A DNA stretch of 64,000 nucleotides, taken from assembly GCF_021028975.2 (NCBI RefSeq), contig NC_059428.1, positions 149,048,001-149,112,000 on the forward strand. The letters are read 5' to 3'. Shown here in pieces: positions 35,562 to 53,313 of this stretch. Source of the DNA: Sphaerodactylus townsendi. Taxonomy: Eukaryota. The notes under the pieces are model-generated. The model saw only the letters and a list, made by a program, of their open reading frames with translations, was not told the origin of the DNA and did not search any database. Made by a program: the position numbers and the translations under genes. The number at the start of each line of letters is the position of its first letter. Position 1 is the stretch's first letter.

Positions 35562-38500
35562 AAGAAAGGGAAACTTCTTCAGCTTTTAAAAAGCTATTTC
35601 CCGTCCCCTCCTCCCCCCGCCCTTAGCTGTTCGAGGCGGATAATCTCCCCTGGGTTACTGTAATGTACGTGATTGCTGCTTGCACATTTGAGATGCTTTT
35701 AGCACCTAACTTTCGATTCGAGTTCTCTGTTTACAAATTCCTTTAAAATTGCACTTTGGAACAAAGAGGGAAGCGTGTTGCGTCAGTCCGCTTGCTGGCG
35801 TCGCAGAAGCGCCAGTGCGTCTGCAGCGTTAAAGGGTCAGGTTGAAGTTTAGCTTCCTTGGGCTGAAGGGGATCGGGCACCTTGTGGGAAACTGTCACCG
35901 ACTCTTTTGAAATTCAGGGAACTGAGCAGTTTGAGGACAGACGCTCTAGAACTTGATATGAAGCTTAGTTTTGATTCTTACTCAGGGCCAGTCTCAGGCA
36001 AGTGTGATTTCAGGGGGAAAGTAGCCACTCATATTTTTGTCTAGGGGGGTTTTCATCCTTCCTTTCTGCCCTCCCTCCCCCTTTTCACTTGCTCAGTATG
36101 CAAAACACAAATAATTCTGTCTGTGTCATGTGTTCTTCCACTTTAGACGTTTGTGTACAAAGTTAGGAAGGACTTCAGATGTCTATTTTAAAATTATCAT
36201 ATATTGAACGTCAGTTTTATTGATGAGGAGGGAAAAGGAGAAAAAGGGAGAGAGAAGTGCTTGATTTCTAGAGATTCTCCTCAAGTTCTCTTGTTACACA
36301 CTACCGCAGCAACTGTATTTTTTGCAAGACTAAACACCATTTTCAGTAAGGGGCCGGAACACCTGGAGATTCCCAAATTGTACCTGTTGTTGGATACCAA
36401 AACCTGTAGGTCTGACTGAAAGTTGGAAGCCTTAGGTGGAAGAAGGAGTTACCCAGCTCAGCTGCTGGGAACAGCTGGGCCTTTGGTGGGATTTCTCTGG
36501 TGTCAGTTTTGTTCTTTGCCCATTTGAGAGTCTGTTTTGAGAAAGCAAGTACAGCTACTTGCATGGTGCTTCCTGATCAAATCTTTCTTGAGAATTGGAT
36601 GGAAAGACCTGGCAGGAATCCTTGGCAGATCCACCTTGGCCCCAGTGGCCTGCTGAGCGGGGCAGGTGGAAGCTTTGCAGTTTTGTGGCAAGTCAGATGA
36701 ATTGTACTTCTTCAAGTGCCCAGGTAGCTTTCTGCCTGTGGCCCTAACTGCCAAAGTATGTTAACATTTCAAGGAACAAGATCTGTAGATTAGAAAGGAG
36801 CCAGGCCGCTCTTCTGGCAGCAGGGAGAGGGCGCTTTGTTTCGCCTTTCAAACATTGCCAGGCATCTTGGACCTGCTGCGCGGTCTGTGACTTTCCCTCG
36901 ATCTCAGACACTTGAAACGTGTACTGACTTTGCCGCCCTTCTGTGTTGTAGCAATAATTGTGTTGTCTACAGTGGAAGGTGTTTTGTATCGATACATTTA
37001 GTGTCAACATTTGTATGACTTTTAACAGTACCTCTTTGGAAGTGTTAAAGGTGCCCAGTGATCACTCGCGGCCCCCCTCCCCCCCCCCATTAATCCGTTT
37101 TCTAATACTAAGCATTTTGTCTGTACGCTCTTGGTTAAGCCTAAATGTTGTTCTACACACAAGCCATTTATTTCTGTCTGGACTGACTTGAAAATAGCAC
37201 AACATCCTTTTTTCCCCTGGTACTTGTGCTTATGCAATTTTTTTTGGAGATTCAGGAATGTGTATTGAACATGATAAATGTTGTTTAAATCTTGTCAGTT
37301 TCTGCTCCGGCCTGTTTGCCAGATCAACAGGGCCTGTTGCTTCTCTTACCTGTTTCTGACCTTGCGGTGCAGCTGCTGCTGCTGAAAACATGGTGGGAAG
37401 CGAATGCTGGGGGACTTTAAGAGTCACATTAAACACAACATCTGGCTGCATTAGGTGTTCGTCATCTTTTCATCTTCAATCCTTTGCTGGCATTCTATTG
37501 AAATTATTTTAACAGTGATCCCGTTTCCCCTGTTCCCTTCGACACCAGCATGGTTTACCAGGGTCGTTTTTTAAGGAGAAGGTTGTGCCTGACGCTGCAA
37601 CTGTGCTGGGGGGGAGGGGGGCAAACTTGGGATTCTCTTTGGAAAGAAGGTGCTTTCTGACCGCAGCGTTCGATTACATCTTCAGAAAGTGGAATCTCTC
37701 ATTTCCTCTTAGATGTTTAGAAGAACGAGAAGACCTCTGGCCCAGAGCAGGGGTGGGCGGGGCGTTCCAGCGATGTCTTCGCCAAAGAAGAATCTTCCCA
37801 GCATTGACCTTGAGTTGGGACATGCACAGATGGGCTTGTTCGAAAGCCGGCAAACGAGCATTCCAGCATAAAAGCATTCCTGCTGTGCTCCTTCCCCATT
37901 CCTTCTTGCTGCCTTATTCTTTGTCTCCAGTCGGTCTCAAGCAACAGGGGTGGGAAGGCCGTGTGATCTTTTGCCAGACAAAATAACTGAAGACTGAAAG
38001 GCGGCAGGTGCTTCATGAAAGCACGAACCAGGTCGATGACAAACTGTCCTCTTCGTCTCGTTCCACATCTTGGGGCAGGCTCCGTCTGGAAATTCCTAAG
38101 GCCTACGGGCATTTCAGAGTGTTTGGGAAGAAGTCCGCCGGCCTGTCTTGGCTGTGCCTCTGACAGGTTACTTGAATGGGTCCTGGCGTGTAGCTCTGCT
38201 TCTTGCAGGCCATATTCCTGGGCGTTAGTTGCACAATGAGGAATTGATTCCTTCTTAGCGGTGTCTGCCTCTAGGAGAGACCACTAGCACCCAAAAGTTA
38301 AAAAGAGCAAAAACTCAAATGGCAGATTAAAATGGATTGGGTTTCTTGAATACAAGGGCAGTTCTGGGGTTCTGATGCTCTTGACCTGAGACGCCATGAG
38401 AGTGCCTCCCTGAACTGCCTTTAGAGTGGATGTTCCTCCCAATTAGGTTTCCCTGCCTCCCGCCGGTTCTTGTGGCGTTCCTTCTAGCTATTGAAATATG

Positions 38501-39263
38501 ACTGTCTGAAAATCCCCGTTAAAACACCTTTTAAGCCTGCGTCCTCCCCAGCTGCGTAGAGCACAGGGCTTGATTTCTTTCACCATTCTGGTCCTTTGGA
38601 ATAAAACTCTGCCTAAATGTGATGAGAGGGATCTCACGGCTGGCCACTCCCTCTACCAAAGCAGCAGGGTCCTGCCTTCATCCCCCCCTCCCCCTCCTTC
38701 AGGCTCACACGCAGGTGTTTGAACAGGATTCCCCACTGAAAACCGGACAGCCAAGAGGTGAGAACAACCTTTTGCCTGCTTCTGGCCCAGGTGATCCTCG
38801 CTCGGTGGAAGACCGGCTGTGTGGATGGCAGGGATCTGTGGGCCGCGGCCTCTGGTGCGCGTTGGAGTGGCTGTTCTCACTCTGTGCAGGCTGTGCTGCC
38901 TCCTGCTGCCTAGCCACGCTCACTCAAGGTGACTGCCAGCACAGGAGGTCTGACACAAAGCCCCCGATTGTGCTGGCCATGAATGCCTTGGCTGTCTCTC
39001 CAAGGAAGACAGGCACAGAAGCACCGTCCCCAGGACACCGTCTCTCTGCGGGCCCCCCCCCTCGACTCCCCTCCCATCGAGGGAGGCTCCAGTTTCACCT
39101 CCACGCGTCCCTCTCCAAGCCGAAGTGCCAGGGTGGGCAGTTTACCTGGCCTTGACGGGCACATTCTCAGGTTTCTGCCCAGATTCTAAGGACTGTCTGA
39201 TCATGCACACCCTCTGCATTGTCCGAGGACGGAGCTGCAGGAGGCGATACCTGGAGTGGAAGA

Positions 39264-43587
<4,324 letters not shown>

Positions 43588-44582
43588 GCGGCCGAGGGTC
43601 CTGACCGCCACCACCCACCCCCTTTGGTACTTGAAGTCCCGTGGGAGAGACCCCCAGGTCCTGCCTGGCTCACATCCTCCACACTGCCTCTGCTTGAAGC
43701 TGCCCCGCCCCCCAAACCCAAACCCACCCTATAGTCTGGGTCTGGATTGGGCCAGAAGGGCAGCTGCGGTGCTCGGAACAGTCCCTCTGTAGCTTCACCA
43801 CTGCGCCCATTTCATTTACAGAAGGCGGGGGGGGGGGGGTCGCTTCTTGGCTGTAGTCTGTAAATAACTCTCTTGTGGTAGAGCTAGCTGCATGCTGTAT
43901 AGCCAGGGTCCAGACAAGTCAGAGTCATTCGCACCGCGTGTTATGACGGTCTTTTTTTAAAAGAAAAAAACATTCACAATTTTGTACAATGTTAGTTACC
44001 CAAATGTGGCATTTTAAATAAAAGTACAAAACGAGGAAACTGAACCAGCTGCCCCTCTGGCGGCTGCGCTTCCTGCCTCTGCTTCCTCTGGTTTTCTAGG
44101 GAAAGGCTTCTCTTCAGGACTCTCAAATAGGTGGGCGCTCCCTTCCCCTTCCTTAAGGAGGAAAAAAGCCCAGATTTGATCAGCGCTAACAACGGGCACA
44201 GCCATTCTTGTAGGCAACACACTCCTGAAAAGGCACCATACATTTTGGTCTTGTTCCAACAGGGCTGTGTTTATTTCAGGCATCTTTTATTATTCGTGGC
44301 CCACAGGCGACTCAAGTGAAGAGCAAAACAGCCTTCCAAGCACTTCAGACAGAGTGCTGCTTTGTCGGTGTGTAATTGTGGCAGGCGACAAAACCAACAA
44401 ACGAAACGTCTCCACCAATTCCTGGTGGGGTCCCTGTCAGGGTGAGCCTCCCTCCTCTCACGGGAGAAGAGATGCAACCGCTGCTCGCTGCCTCTTCCTG
44501 TTAGCAGCCGCAGGTATATCCTGGCTCCAAGTTTTCACCCAAGGCTGATAAGCCCAGTTCTGGGGGTCCCAGCAGGTGCTAT

Positions 44583-47500
44583 TCAGCCCAGCACGCTGTC
44601 GTTGAAAGCCAGGCAGACGACGGCCTTCTGGTGGCCACTGTACTCCCTCTTGATCTCCCCCGTCTCCACGCACCACAGTCTGGCCAGATTATCAGAGGAG
44701 GCTGGGAAGGGGGAGACAAACAGAGAGAGGTCAGGAGGTCAGGCTGCTGGGAAGAGCAGGCACTGGGGGGGGGGGGCAGGACCAGGAGTCCCCATGGTCC
44801 CTGCCTCTCTCACTCCCTCGCTTGAGGGCTGATCTTAGCTCCTTTGCCCTCTAGTCTGCAACCCGGGAAGAGCAATGACCCAGTTGACAAGGGCAAGGGA
44901 AGAGAACTTCTGAAGGAGAGCCCCAGCCCAACCCCCCATTCGGCTACTTGAGGCAGCAGAAAGGGCATCCCAAGGGGGCTCGGCTTCAGAGCCCTCTAAG
45001 GCCTGCATTCTCACTGGGAAAAGGAAGCATCAGGTCAGAGCACCCCGGGGCTGACCCCTCCACGTTCAGCACCCCTCATGCCCACTTCCTGGACTCTCTC
45101 ACCAGTGACAATGTACTGGGAGTCTCCTGAGAAGGCGCAGTCCCACATCCAGCCACGGGAGGTCTCCCCCGGGTTGTTGCTCTTGATGCTCAACTCTGTC
45201 ATCAGGGAGAAGTTGGACGTCTTCCAGATCTTGCAGGTCTGGTCAGCGGAGCAAGTAGCCAGGAGGCTGCAGCAGAAGAAAGAAGGCAGGTTCCATTGTT
45301 GTGGGCAGAGGACAGCTTGTGCATCAGAATCCTTGCAGCGCCAGCCCTGGAGAGCTCAGAATCGACAGTGTAGCTTTCTCCCCACCCCAGGCCACAATGT
45401 GGCACCCACACAAATGCTTTGATGTGTGTGAGGAGTAAAGCAGGGAAAGATTTCCCGAGGCCACTCACTGATGGATAGGTCTGGGCTGAACTTGCACTTT
45501 GGGAAGGCGCTATAACTTGGTTGTGTCGCTTGGGAATCTTTGGTCTTTAGGATGAGTTAGGAATGCACCACCGATGCTCCAATGCCTCCCGTTAAGTTCC
45601 ACACGTAACAGTTGCCCTGCAAGGAAAGGGGGGCAAACAGACCAACTCAGGCTACTGAGCTCTCCACCCTTCTGCCCATGACTTTCGAGCTCTGGCTGTC
45701 CCACTGCCCCCCCCCCCCCCCCCGGCAGAAGGCAAAGCAACAGCCCACCCTCCCAGGATTGTGCACGTGGTCACCGAGCAGGCTTGCTTGCTTACTGAGC
45801 TGTTGACGGCTGCCATGTAGCTGGCGTCAGGGTCGATGTGTACGGAGTTGACGGAGACTTCCGGCTCCGGGATGAGCTGCTCGTTGTGGTCTGTTTTCAA
45901 GTCCCAGATGTGAATGGCTCCGCTCTGGTCCCCCACAATCAGTTCTGCCTGAAAGGGAACGGGAGAAATCAGGGGCCCGTGCCATCAACTGCATGATGCC
46001 CGAGAACGGACCAGGAGGTCAGAATACCTGATTTGGGTGCAGGCAGACGCAGTTGATGGGCGCGTTCACTTGGAAGATGCGCTGGCACTGCAGGTTGCGC
46101 GATCTGGGAACGGAAGGGACACGGGGTGATTCAGGGGCAACGGCACAGTAGCCCTCCATGCTGTGTGGCTGGTTTTCCCCCCAGGGAACTCCAAAGCCCC
46201 TCAATCTGCCGGGAACGCCTCTCGCCCAAGCCACAACGGACGCTGTTTTTACTTTTCTTCAGGCCTGATGAGATTCTGAAACCTCCCACAGGAGACCGTC
46301 CAAGTGGGTCACGCCCAAGATTTGGGGCTCTTCATAAAAAGACAGAATTTAGGGCAAGATAAGGGGAACCTTCTAATAAACACCCGGTGCTGTGTCATTT
46401 CTAGGATAACTTTTTACAGAACCACAACCATTGACATGTACCCTCTGCCTTCTCTAGCACGGCCGGTGGTCCTTCATACTTCTGATGCCGTTTTGTTTTT
46501 TAAAAAATGAGATCCAGGAGCCAAAAGCTTGCGGTATAAAGAAAGCAGAATTTAAACAGCCAGATCTTAAAATACCAAAAAGGGGTTTCAGAGGCCGTAA
46601 TTCTAAATTCTCTTGTAATGAGGGATGTGCTCCTGAACAGCCCCCTCCCCACTCTGAACCAGAACCAAAGCGAGGCACCGGAGGTCCCAGATGCGAGCCA
46701 TGCAGTCTTCGCCTCCCGTGTACATCCAGCGGCCGTCTTCATGGAACCCCACAGACGTTATGTTCTTGCTCACGCCGTCGTAGTTGATCACCGGGTTTGG
46801 GTTGTTGGAGTTCAAGTCGTACATCCGAATGTGCTGGTAGCCTGCAGGACAGACACAGGTGGACAGTTTCTTGGTGCGTTAGAAGGGCTGGAACAACCAG
46901 AGTGGGTCTTGTGGCATGTTAAATGAATTCATGATGGCAGAAGTTTTTCTGGCCCCCAAAGTCTGCTTTTGGGGGATATTTGGTGCTTCTGACATTACAT
47001 AGAAAACACAGAACTGTTATCAATCTTGAGGCAGTAGTTTAATACTATTATTGCATTTTGTACTGATCTTCGTTGAGAGACTCTGTGCTCAAAGACAGGC
47101 TAAAAATTCTCTGAAGAAAGAGCAGTCAATACTGTGGAATTTGAAGGGCAGGCTAGCCTCCATCTAACTGTCTGCATTTGCTCCAGTCTGCACCTTCCAC
47201 CCACCCCCCTCGGCTCCTTGGATGAATTTTTAGTACCACAAATTTGCCAGCTTTTAAAGCCCTTTTAAGTGATTGATCTATCAGTCCTCTTGCTGTTTTC
47301 CACCTGCTGAATGTGTTATTCCAGCACAGATGTTTGTTTTATGTTGCATCGAGGTTTAAAAATGTCAAAAAGGAACAAAAAAATTGATTACTTTAAAAGC
47401 CTGCTAAAATAATGAAAGAGGCAAGAATGGGGGCGGAGGGGGGGCACCAAAACAACTCCCCCCAAAAGGAATTGCATCATGCAAGTCTGAAAGGTCAGGA

Positions 47501-48489
47501 AGGGTTACTGCTGTGTCTGGCAGGAGAGGGGAGCACTTATAGATCTCTGCTTTTAAGGTCTTCAAACTTGGAGACAAGCAGGAAAGAGGAAGAGCCAACT
47601 TCAAACGGAAATCCAGGTGTGGCCGTTCGGCTAAGAAGTCAGCCAGCCCTTGATCCAACCTCCTGTCACTGAAAGGGACAACCGTAAACATTATATGTGG
47701 TGGTGGCAGAAAGTGTAGTCAAGTGGCAACCTCGTAGGGCTTTCAAGGCAAGGGACGAAGGGGAGTGGTTTGCCATTGCCTGCCTCCATATAGAAACCCT
47801 GGACTTCCTTCATGTCTCTCCTCTTAGCTTTCAAGATCTGATATCAGGCTACCCGGGGTTATATATTATATACTCTACCTCCAAGTAACACTGTGCCATG
47901 TTTAGTCCACTACTCTGGGAGACAGTGCATCCTTGGGTCTCTAACTCCTCAATGTTTTAACACGGATGGGCTCCAGCCATAAATTTACCCTTGGAAAGAG
48001 TGTTTCTTGGGCCACTGCTGTCTGGGCCTTTCCCACCTCCAAGAATCCTAGGGCCATAGTTCCAAAAACAGTGCAGAGAGTTCTCCAGTTCAGATCCCCA
48101 GCGCCCATCTTGCACTGGAGTCCTGTGCAAAGCCCTGCAGGAGGAAGGATCTATCCCCCCTCCCAGGGTGGCACCTCATTCCTACCTGCAGCCGCTATCA
48201 TGCTACGGTCTGGTGTGATCTCCAGGGCATTCACCTGCTGGTTCCTCTGGTTAAGAAAGATTTGTTGGGTAATGGCTGAAAAAAGGGCGGGCAAGACTGC
48301 GTGGATTGTAGGAGCAAACGCCCTGCCCTACCTGCCTGGCTTCTCTTTTCGGAAGGATACAGAGTCCTGGTGCTGGACAGTTCGGGTGCATATCCCGCTG
48401 TGGGCCTGCCAGAACCGAACCGTGTGGTCGTAGCCTGCGGTGGCCAGGATCACTGGGTCGCTGCCCACCGTGCCCTGGGCTGTGTTCAT
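44583..48489 (-). CDS. MLST8: Target of rapamycin complex subunit LST8 (WD40), 8 coding exons, one locally garbled
   Basis: Exons 48489-48361, 48237-48186, 46841-46679, 46103-46028, 45948-45796, 45616-45469 (garbled), 45266-45103 and 44701-44583. Translation runs [32 protein letters not shown]...[17 protein letters not shown] non-coding exon donor gtaagt lies at 49152. Confidence 0.96.
47697..47855 (-). mobile_element. 5S rRNA-derived SINE, internally deleted
   Basis: gtagggctttcaaggcaag...gtggtttgccattgcctgcctcc...ccctggacttcctt...cttagctttcaagatctga. Confidence 0.6.
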
Positions 48490-49039
48490 GGCGTCAAGGG
48501 GTACAGCAGGGTGCAATGTTGAGTCCCCAAAGTCAGTGGTTTGCACGTGTACGGAGAGCGCCTCCTTCCTCCAGGACACGAATCCAATGGTGAGCAGAGA
48601 AACAGAGAAAGAAATGAAATGCACAGAAATCAGCCTGCCCCTCCTGTGGGCACGACTGTCTTTGCGAAGAAATCTGAAATAAACCAGAGGAGACCGGGCG
48701 AAACATCACCAGTCAGCCCCAGGATAAAAAGCTTGTCGGGGCAGATGAGGGAGGGAAGGAAGCGCCCCAGAATCCCCCAGACCGACGCAAAAAAAAAAAA
48801 GGACCCCAAATGCTGCCCGAAATCCCGACAACCGAAATCCCGACCAATGGAGGAAGGAAGGAAATGCAGAGATCTGCATAAGCAGACAGGTGCCAGCAAG
48901 TGCAATATGTCCAGTCAACACAGGACTCTGCACTAGCGCGGCCACGACGGTGCAAAATGCCCTGCAGAAATAAAATGCCCTTTGCAAAACATCGCAGGAG
49001 CAAAAGAAAAACCCTTTTGCTGCAACTGTTTGCTGCCAA

Positions 49040-49780
49040 GAGAGACGCGCAATCCGCGCCCCCCCCCCGCCTCCCCCAAAGGGGGCCAGCACCCCTCCCC
49101 CATTAACGGGGGGGTCCCACACTCGGGGGAGGGGCCGAAGGGGGTCACTTACCACCAGAAAAGGGGAGAGTGGCGGGGCGCATGCGCCTTCCGGGGCAGG
49201 ACTGGCCGGTCTGTGCTCTCCCCCGCCCCAAGCCCGGTAGGAGGACCGCAGCGCCCCCTGCCGGCGCGGAGGAGGAAGAGGGCGCTCGCCCAGCTGAGCA
49301 TGCGCAGTGCCTCTCGCGTGCCTCTTCCCCTGTCATCCTCCCGGTTCTGTTCCGAGTACCCCGTTATGGGCCCGGCGGGCCTCGCAGGCGGCGCTTTGGG
49401 TCGTCGTCCGGCGCCTGCGCGTGGCCGGCTTGGCAGGAGGGGCAGGAGAGCCGCCTTCCCCCCGCGGTAGGGAAGCCCCTTGCAGAGGTGGGGGAAGGGG
49501 CCTCACCTGCCGCAGAGGAGCACAGCAGGTGAGCGGAAAAGGCGGGTGAACCTGCCTCAAGAGGGGGGCCACAGGCAGAGGGGGTCCGGCAGGTCCATGG
49601 GGGTCATGGGGACTGGCCAGAGAGAACCTCCATGTTCAGGGGCAGTCAACCTCTATATCCTAGTAGTGGCAACAGGCTACATCAGGGGCTGCTGTCGGGG
49701 GCGGGGCGGCCGGAAAAGCCCCCCCCCCAGGAGCCGTGCTCGGGGCCGCCCCCTCGAGCTCAGGAGCTGCTGGACTCCCC
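49040..49780. promoter_or_regulatory. Bidirectional CpG-island promoter of MLST8 and the HEXD-like gene
   Basis: CpG-rich. NRF1 palindrome gcgcatgcgc at 49178-49187 with an adjacent ETS cttccgg, and a second NRF1-like tgagcatgcgca at 49295-49306. Outward-facing donors at 49152 (-) and 49529 (+, cag|gtgagc). Confidence 0.75.
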
Positions 49781-52700
49781 TGGGGAAGGGCAGGTGGGGG
49801 CTGGGGGAGGGCTCCCCTGGGGAGGCGTCGCTTGGATATCGAAAATGGTCGCCCACCCCCTGCAGCAAGGCCCACTGGGGTTGCCCTCCCAGGATCTACC
49901 ATGAGGTTACTTGCTTGCTTGCTGGGGGTGGGTGGGGGACGAAGGACCTTGGTTCTGTTTTTGGGCTCTCAGAATTGAGAGGGAATATGGCCCTAACCGC
50001 TAACCCCCAATCCAGTTGCCTAGATGCATCCTAAAATGGGTGGGTGGGTGGTCTGCAGGGCATCTGAGGCCTGTGTGGTGGTTATGGGGTGCGGACAGAA
50101 TCAAAAGGCAAAGCGCTGGCTCTGCTGCCGGGACTTCTGTTGAGCCGGACTGGCAGGAGGCAGCACCAGGTCAAGAATTCCCGCCTGCAGGTGTCTTTCT
50201 GAGCCGCCATCTGATCTCGCCTGTCTGCTCTGCCTGCGGGGACAGGAGACACCCCATGGACTCTGGTTTTGCCTGGGGGGGGGGGGCTCAGAAGGATGCC
50301 CTTAGCTGGGTGAATCCCAGGCAGCACACAGAGCAGAGGGTACCATTTTCTGTGACTGGTGGGCAGCAGCCTGGCAGGCTTTGGGGGTGACCTCTGGGCT
50401 TCTGATGGAGCCACAAACAGGATTGCGTGGGCAAGTTCTCCATGCAGGGGGTCTGCCAGCCTTCCCAGATAGAGATCCAGCGGAGAAGCCCAGCAAGGCT
50501 GCTTTCAGTTGACTTCTGCCTGCCAGCTCAGCAGAAAAGCCCAAATGAACTGTTGCAGTGGTTGTTCGGGACCATCAGTGTGCAACTTCCAAACCTGCTG
50601 CTTGCTCAAAAAATGCCTTCTTTGGGTGTTCCTGAGCTTGGTGGCCGAGGTCAGAGAGAGCTTCCTGGGCTGCCTTCTGAGAAGTGACCTGCGGCCTCTT
50701 GTCCTTTTGATCCCTTGAGATCTGGTGTCGACACAACCAGTTCTCACAGCTTCTGTCTGCAAAGATGCTGCGTTGATGGACTTTGAACACAACCCTGGTT
50801 TCTGGATAGAAGTGCAGGCCCACAGCTACCAGGGTGAGAAACTGGTTCCTGTAGGCAGTCTCCGTGGATAGCTACCTGGCATCTGACAATAAAAATTCAC
50901 CCCATGCAAGGTATCATAGCTAACAGCCCACACACACACACACAAAAACCCCATCCGCCATACCTCTAATCCACTCCCCTGCTAAAACCAGTGGCCATGG
51001 CCATGTCTGGTAGCAGGGAGTTCCGCAAGCCAGCTACCTGATGTGTGTGAAGAAGCCAGACTCCATTGGGTCTCTCTTGAACCCTTGAGCCTGCTGTGGC
51101 TTTACCTGCTGACCCTCCTGATTGTGCATTTGCTCAGCTGACAGCTGCAAACTGGCATATTCTTGTTTTCAGGTAGGGTTGACTCTGCATTTGAGGGAGG
51201 TGGGATTTGAGCTGCTGGCTCAGGACCCCTTGGCCAATCTCTTTCTTTATATCTGACTGTCAGGAATTGGCCTGCAGAGCGGTAACGAGGAGTGAATTTG
51301 CATGGTGCCAGATCCGGAAATATTCCCTGGGGGAACTACAAATCTTGCAGCTCCTTCGCCTACTTCACAGGGCTGTGCGAGGAGAAGGAAATGCAGCAGA
51401 ACTGGTACAACCCCAAAGATAGGTTTACAAAGCAGAGGCCTGCTGCTCTGTGGGCCAGCTCCTCTGCTGGCCCGGCCCTGGCAGTGTGTACAAAGTTTGC
51501 TATAAAAACACAGTTTTTCCCGGACAGTTAAGTAAATCAGTTGATGCTCAGAGCTGCTGAAAAACCTGTTTATGATGCCATCCCCACCCCTACATGATCT
51601 CTGTGTTTTTTCCATCGGACAGAAGCTCCTGCTGCAAAGCCAAGAAAGCCGCCTTCGCCCTGCCGCAGTTTATTTCCTTGACGGGGTGGTGAAAAGTGCC
51701 GGGTTGGTCTCGGAGAACAGAAGAGCCCTCGGTCTGTATCTGTGGACGGGATTTTCACTCTCTTCTGGCCACACGGTGGTTTCTGAGTGGACAGAGGTTG
51801 TGGTCGGCCTCTGCAAACAGAGAAAGTTGTTTTTCTCACAGTAGCAGAAACAGGAGGGTCAGCAGGTGAAGCCGCAGCAGGTTCAAGGGACCGAGGGAGG
51901 CCAAGGGAGGCCGGCTTCTTCACACACATCAGGTAGCTGGCTTGCAGAACTCCCTGCCCAGGATGTGACGGAAGTGGTTGCATCTGCTAATTTCGGGGGG
52001 GGGGGGGGGGGGGGGTTGAAGAAAAAAAAGATCAGACAGGTTTTGGAGGGCAGATCTGTTAGTTGTGATGATTCAATGGAGCTTACTTGTCCCAAGGCAG
52101 TGTACCTTGGAGTAACCATGTGTCCTGAGTGCAAGCCTTCTAAGGGCCAGCTGCTTCTGGAAGCAGAAGGGCCTGATGAATTTGAGTGATGTCTTAAAGA
52201 GTCATAATAAGGTTATTGTGGCAGGAGCGTTCCTGGGCTGGATCCTACCGTGCCTGCTTTGTGCAAACACAGTCTTCGGCGTATTAAAAAAACCCCAACA
52301 GGCTCCAATCTGATCTGAAGCTCTGCTGCCGATCTGAAGGCTGGGAGTCCTTCTTCACCCCAGCGTGAAACTGTGGAATTATTATGCACCCGTTCTGTTA
52401 AGCGGGGCTCAAATAGAGATGAAGAGTTTCTCACCCGCTGCAGTTGCTCAGCTCACGTGAATGCCACTGGGAAGGTGATTTGCAGCCACTGAGCCGCACT
52501 TAGAAGCAGCCTTCGTGCTTATCTTGTGCGCTGCTAAGCTCTGGGGAAAAGGGCCACCTGTGAACTTTGCGGTTCAAATCCCCCCCCCCCCTTCTATGTG
52601 TACATATCTGGTGACTTCAGACGTACGTTCGCTTCTGTAGCTCCTGGAAGGGGCCACCAGACTCCTTGATGTTTACTCGGGCAGCACAGTTCCGGCTTTC

Positions 52701-53313
52701 TTCCGAAGCAGCTTCCTTTGAACCTGCAAACAAATTCCGGCTTTTCACTTGGTGCTGCTCAGCAGCACCCAACTCCAGCAAGCCGGCTCAGGGCCAATCC
52801 CCACAGGAGTTCTTAGCTATGCAGTGCCATGGAGATGCCACGGAGCCCCGTCCCCACGCTGCAGGTGCTCCGGCTCCCTCCCTCCCTCGGCCTCCTCCCT
52901 CCCCGAAGCCTTGCCTGTGTTGCTGCATGTGGGAATTGGAGTTAACCTGGAACAAATGCAGGAATGTGGAGGCTTCAATCAAGAGCCGGGGGCTTAATTG
53001 GTGACGGGCTGGCCTCTTTCAACAGACCTGAGCAAGTGGAGGAAAAATGTTCAGATCTTGCACCTCTTAAATAGCACTTGCTGGGGGGGCGGAGGTGGGG
53101 AGCTAGACAGGGATTGTGTCATGGGGTGGAGGTGGAGGTGGGGGGGGGTTACCTTTTCCTCCCAGTTAGTGTCCATATAGATCACTCTATAAGGTTGGCT
53201 TTAGGCTTAATGGGGAAGGACCTTGGATTCTAGCAAGAGATTCCACGCGTTGTCATTCCTTCTGGCCTCGCAGCCCCTCTGCAACGACAGCTTCTTTCCC
53301 CTTCTCCTCAGAA

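Noticed and set aside
44583-48489. MLST8 as a pseudogene
   Set aside because: The damage is confined to ~110 nt of one exon and consists mostly of insertions. The other seven exons and their splice sites are intact.
51157-51180. Recursive-splice-like motif ttcttgttttcag|gtaggg
   Set aside because: The host intron is only ~4 kb and the donor is mediocre, so a chance occurrence or a plain UTR-exon acceptor is as likely.
49600-53300. Hidden gene between MLST8 and the HEXD-like ATG
   Set aside because: No ORF has recognisable motifs and there is no consistent exon chain. It is best read as a 5' UTR intron with old repeat fragments.
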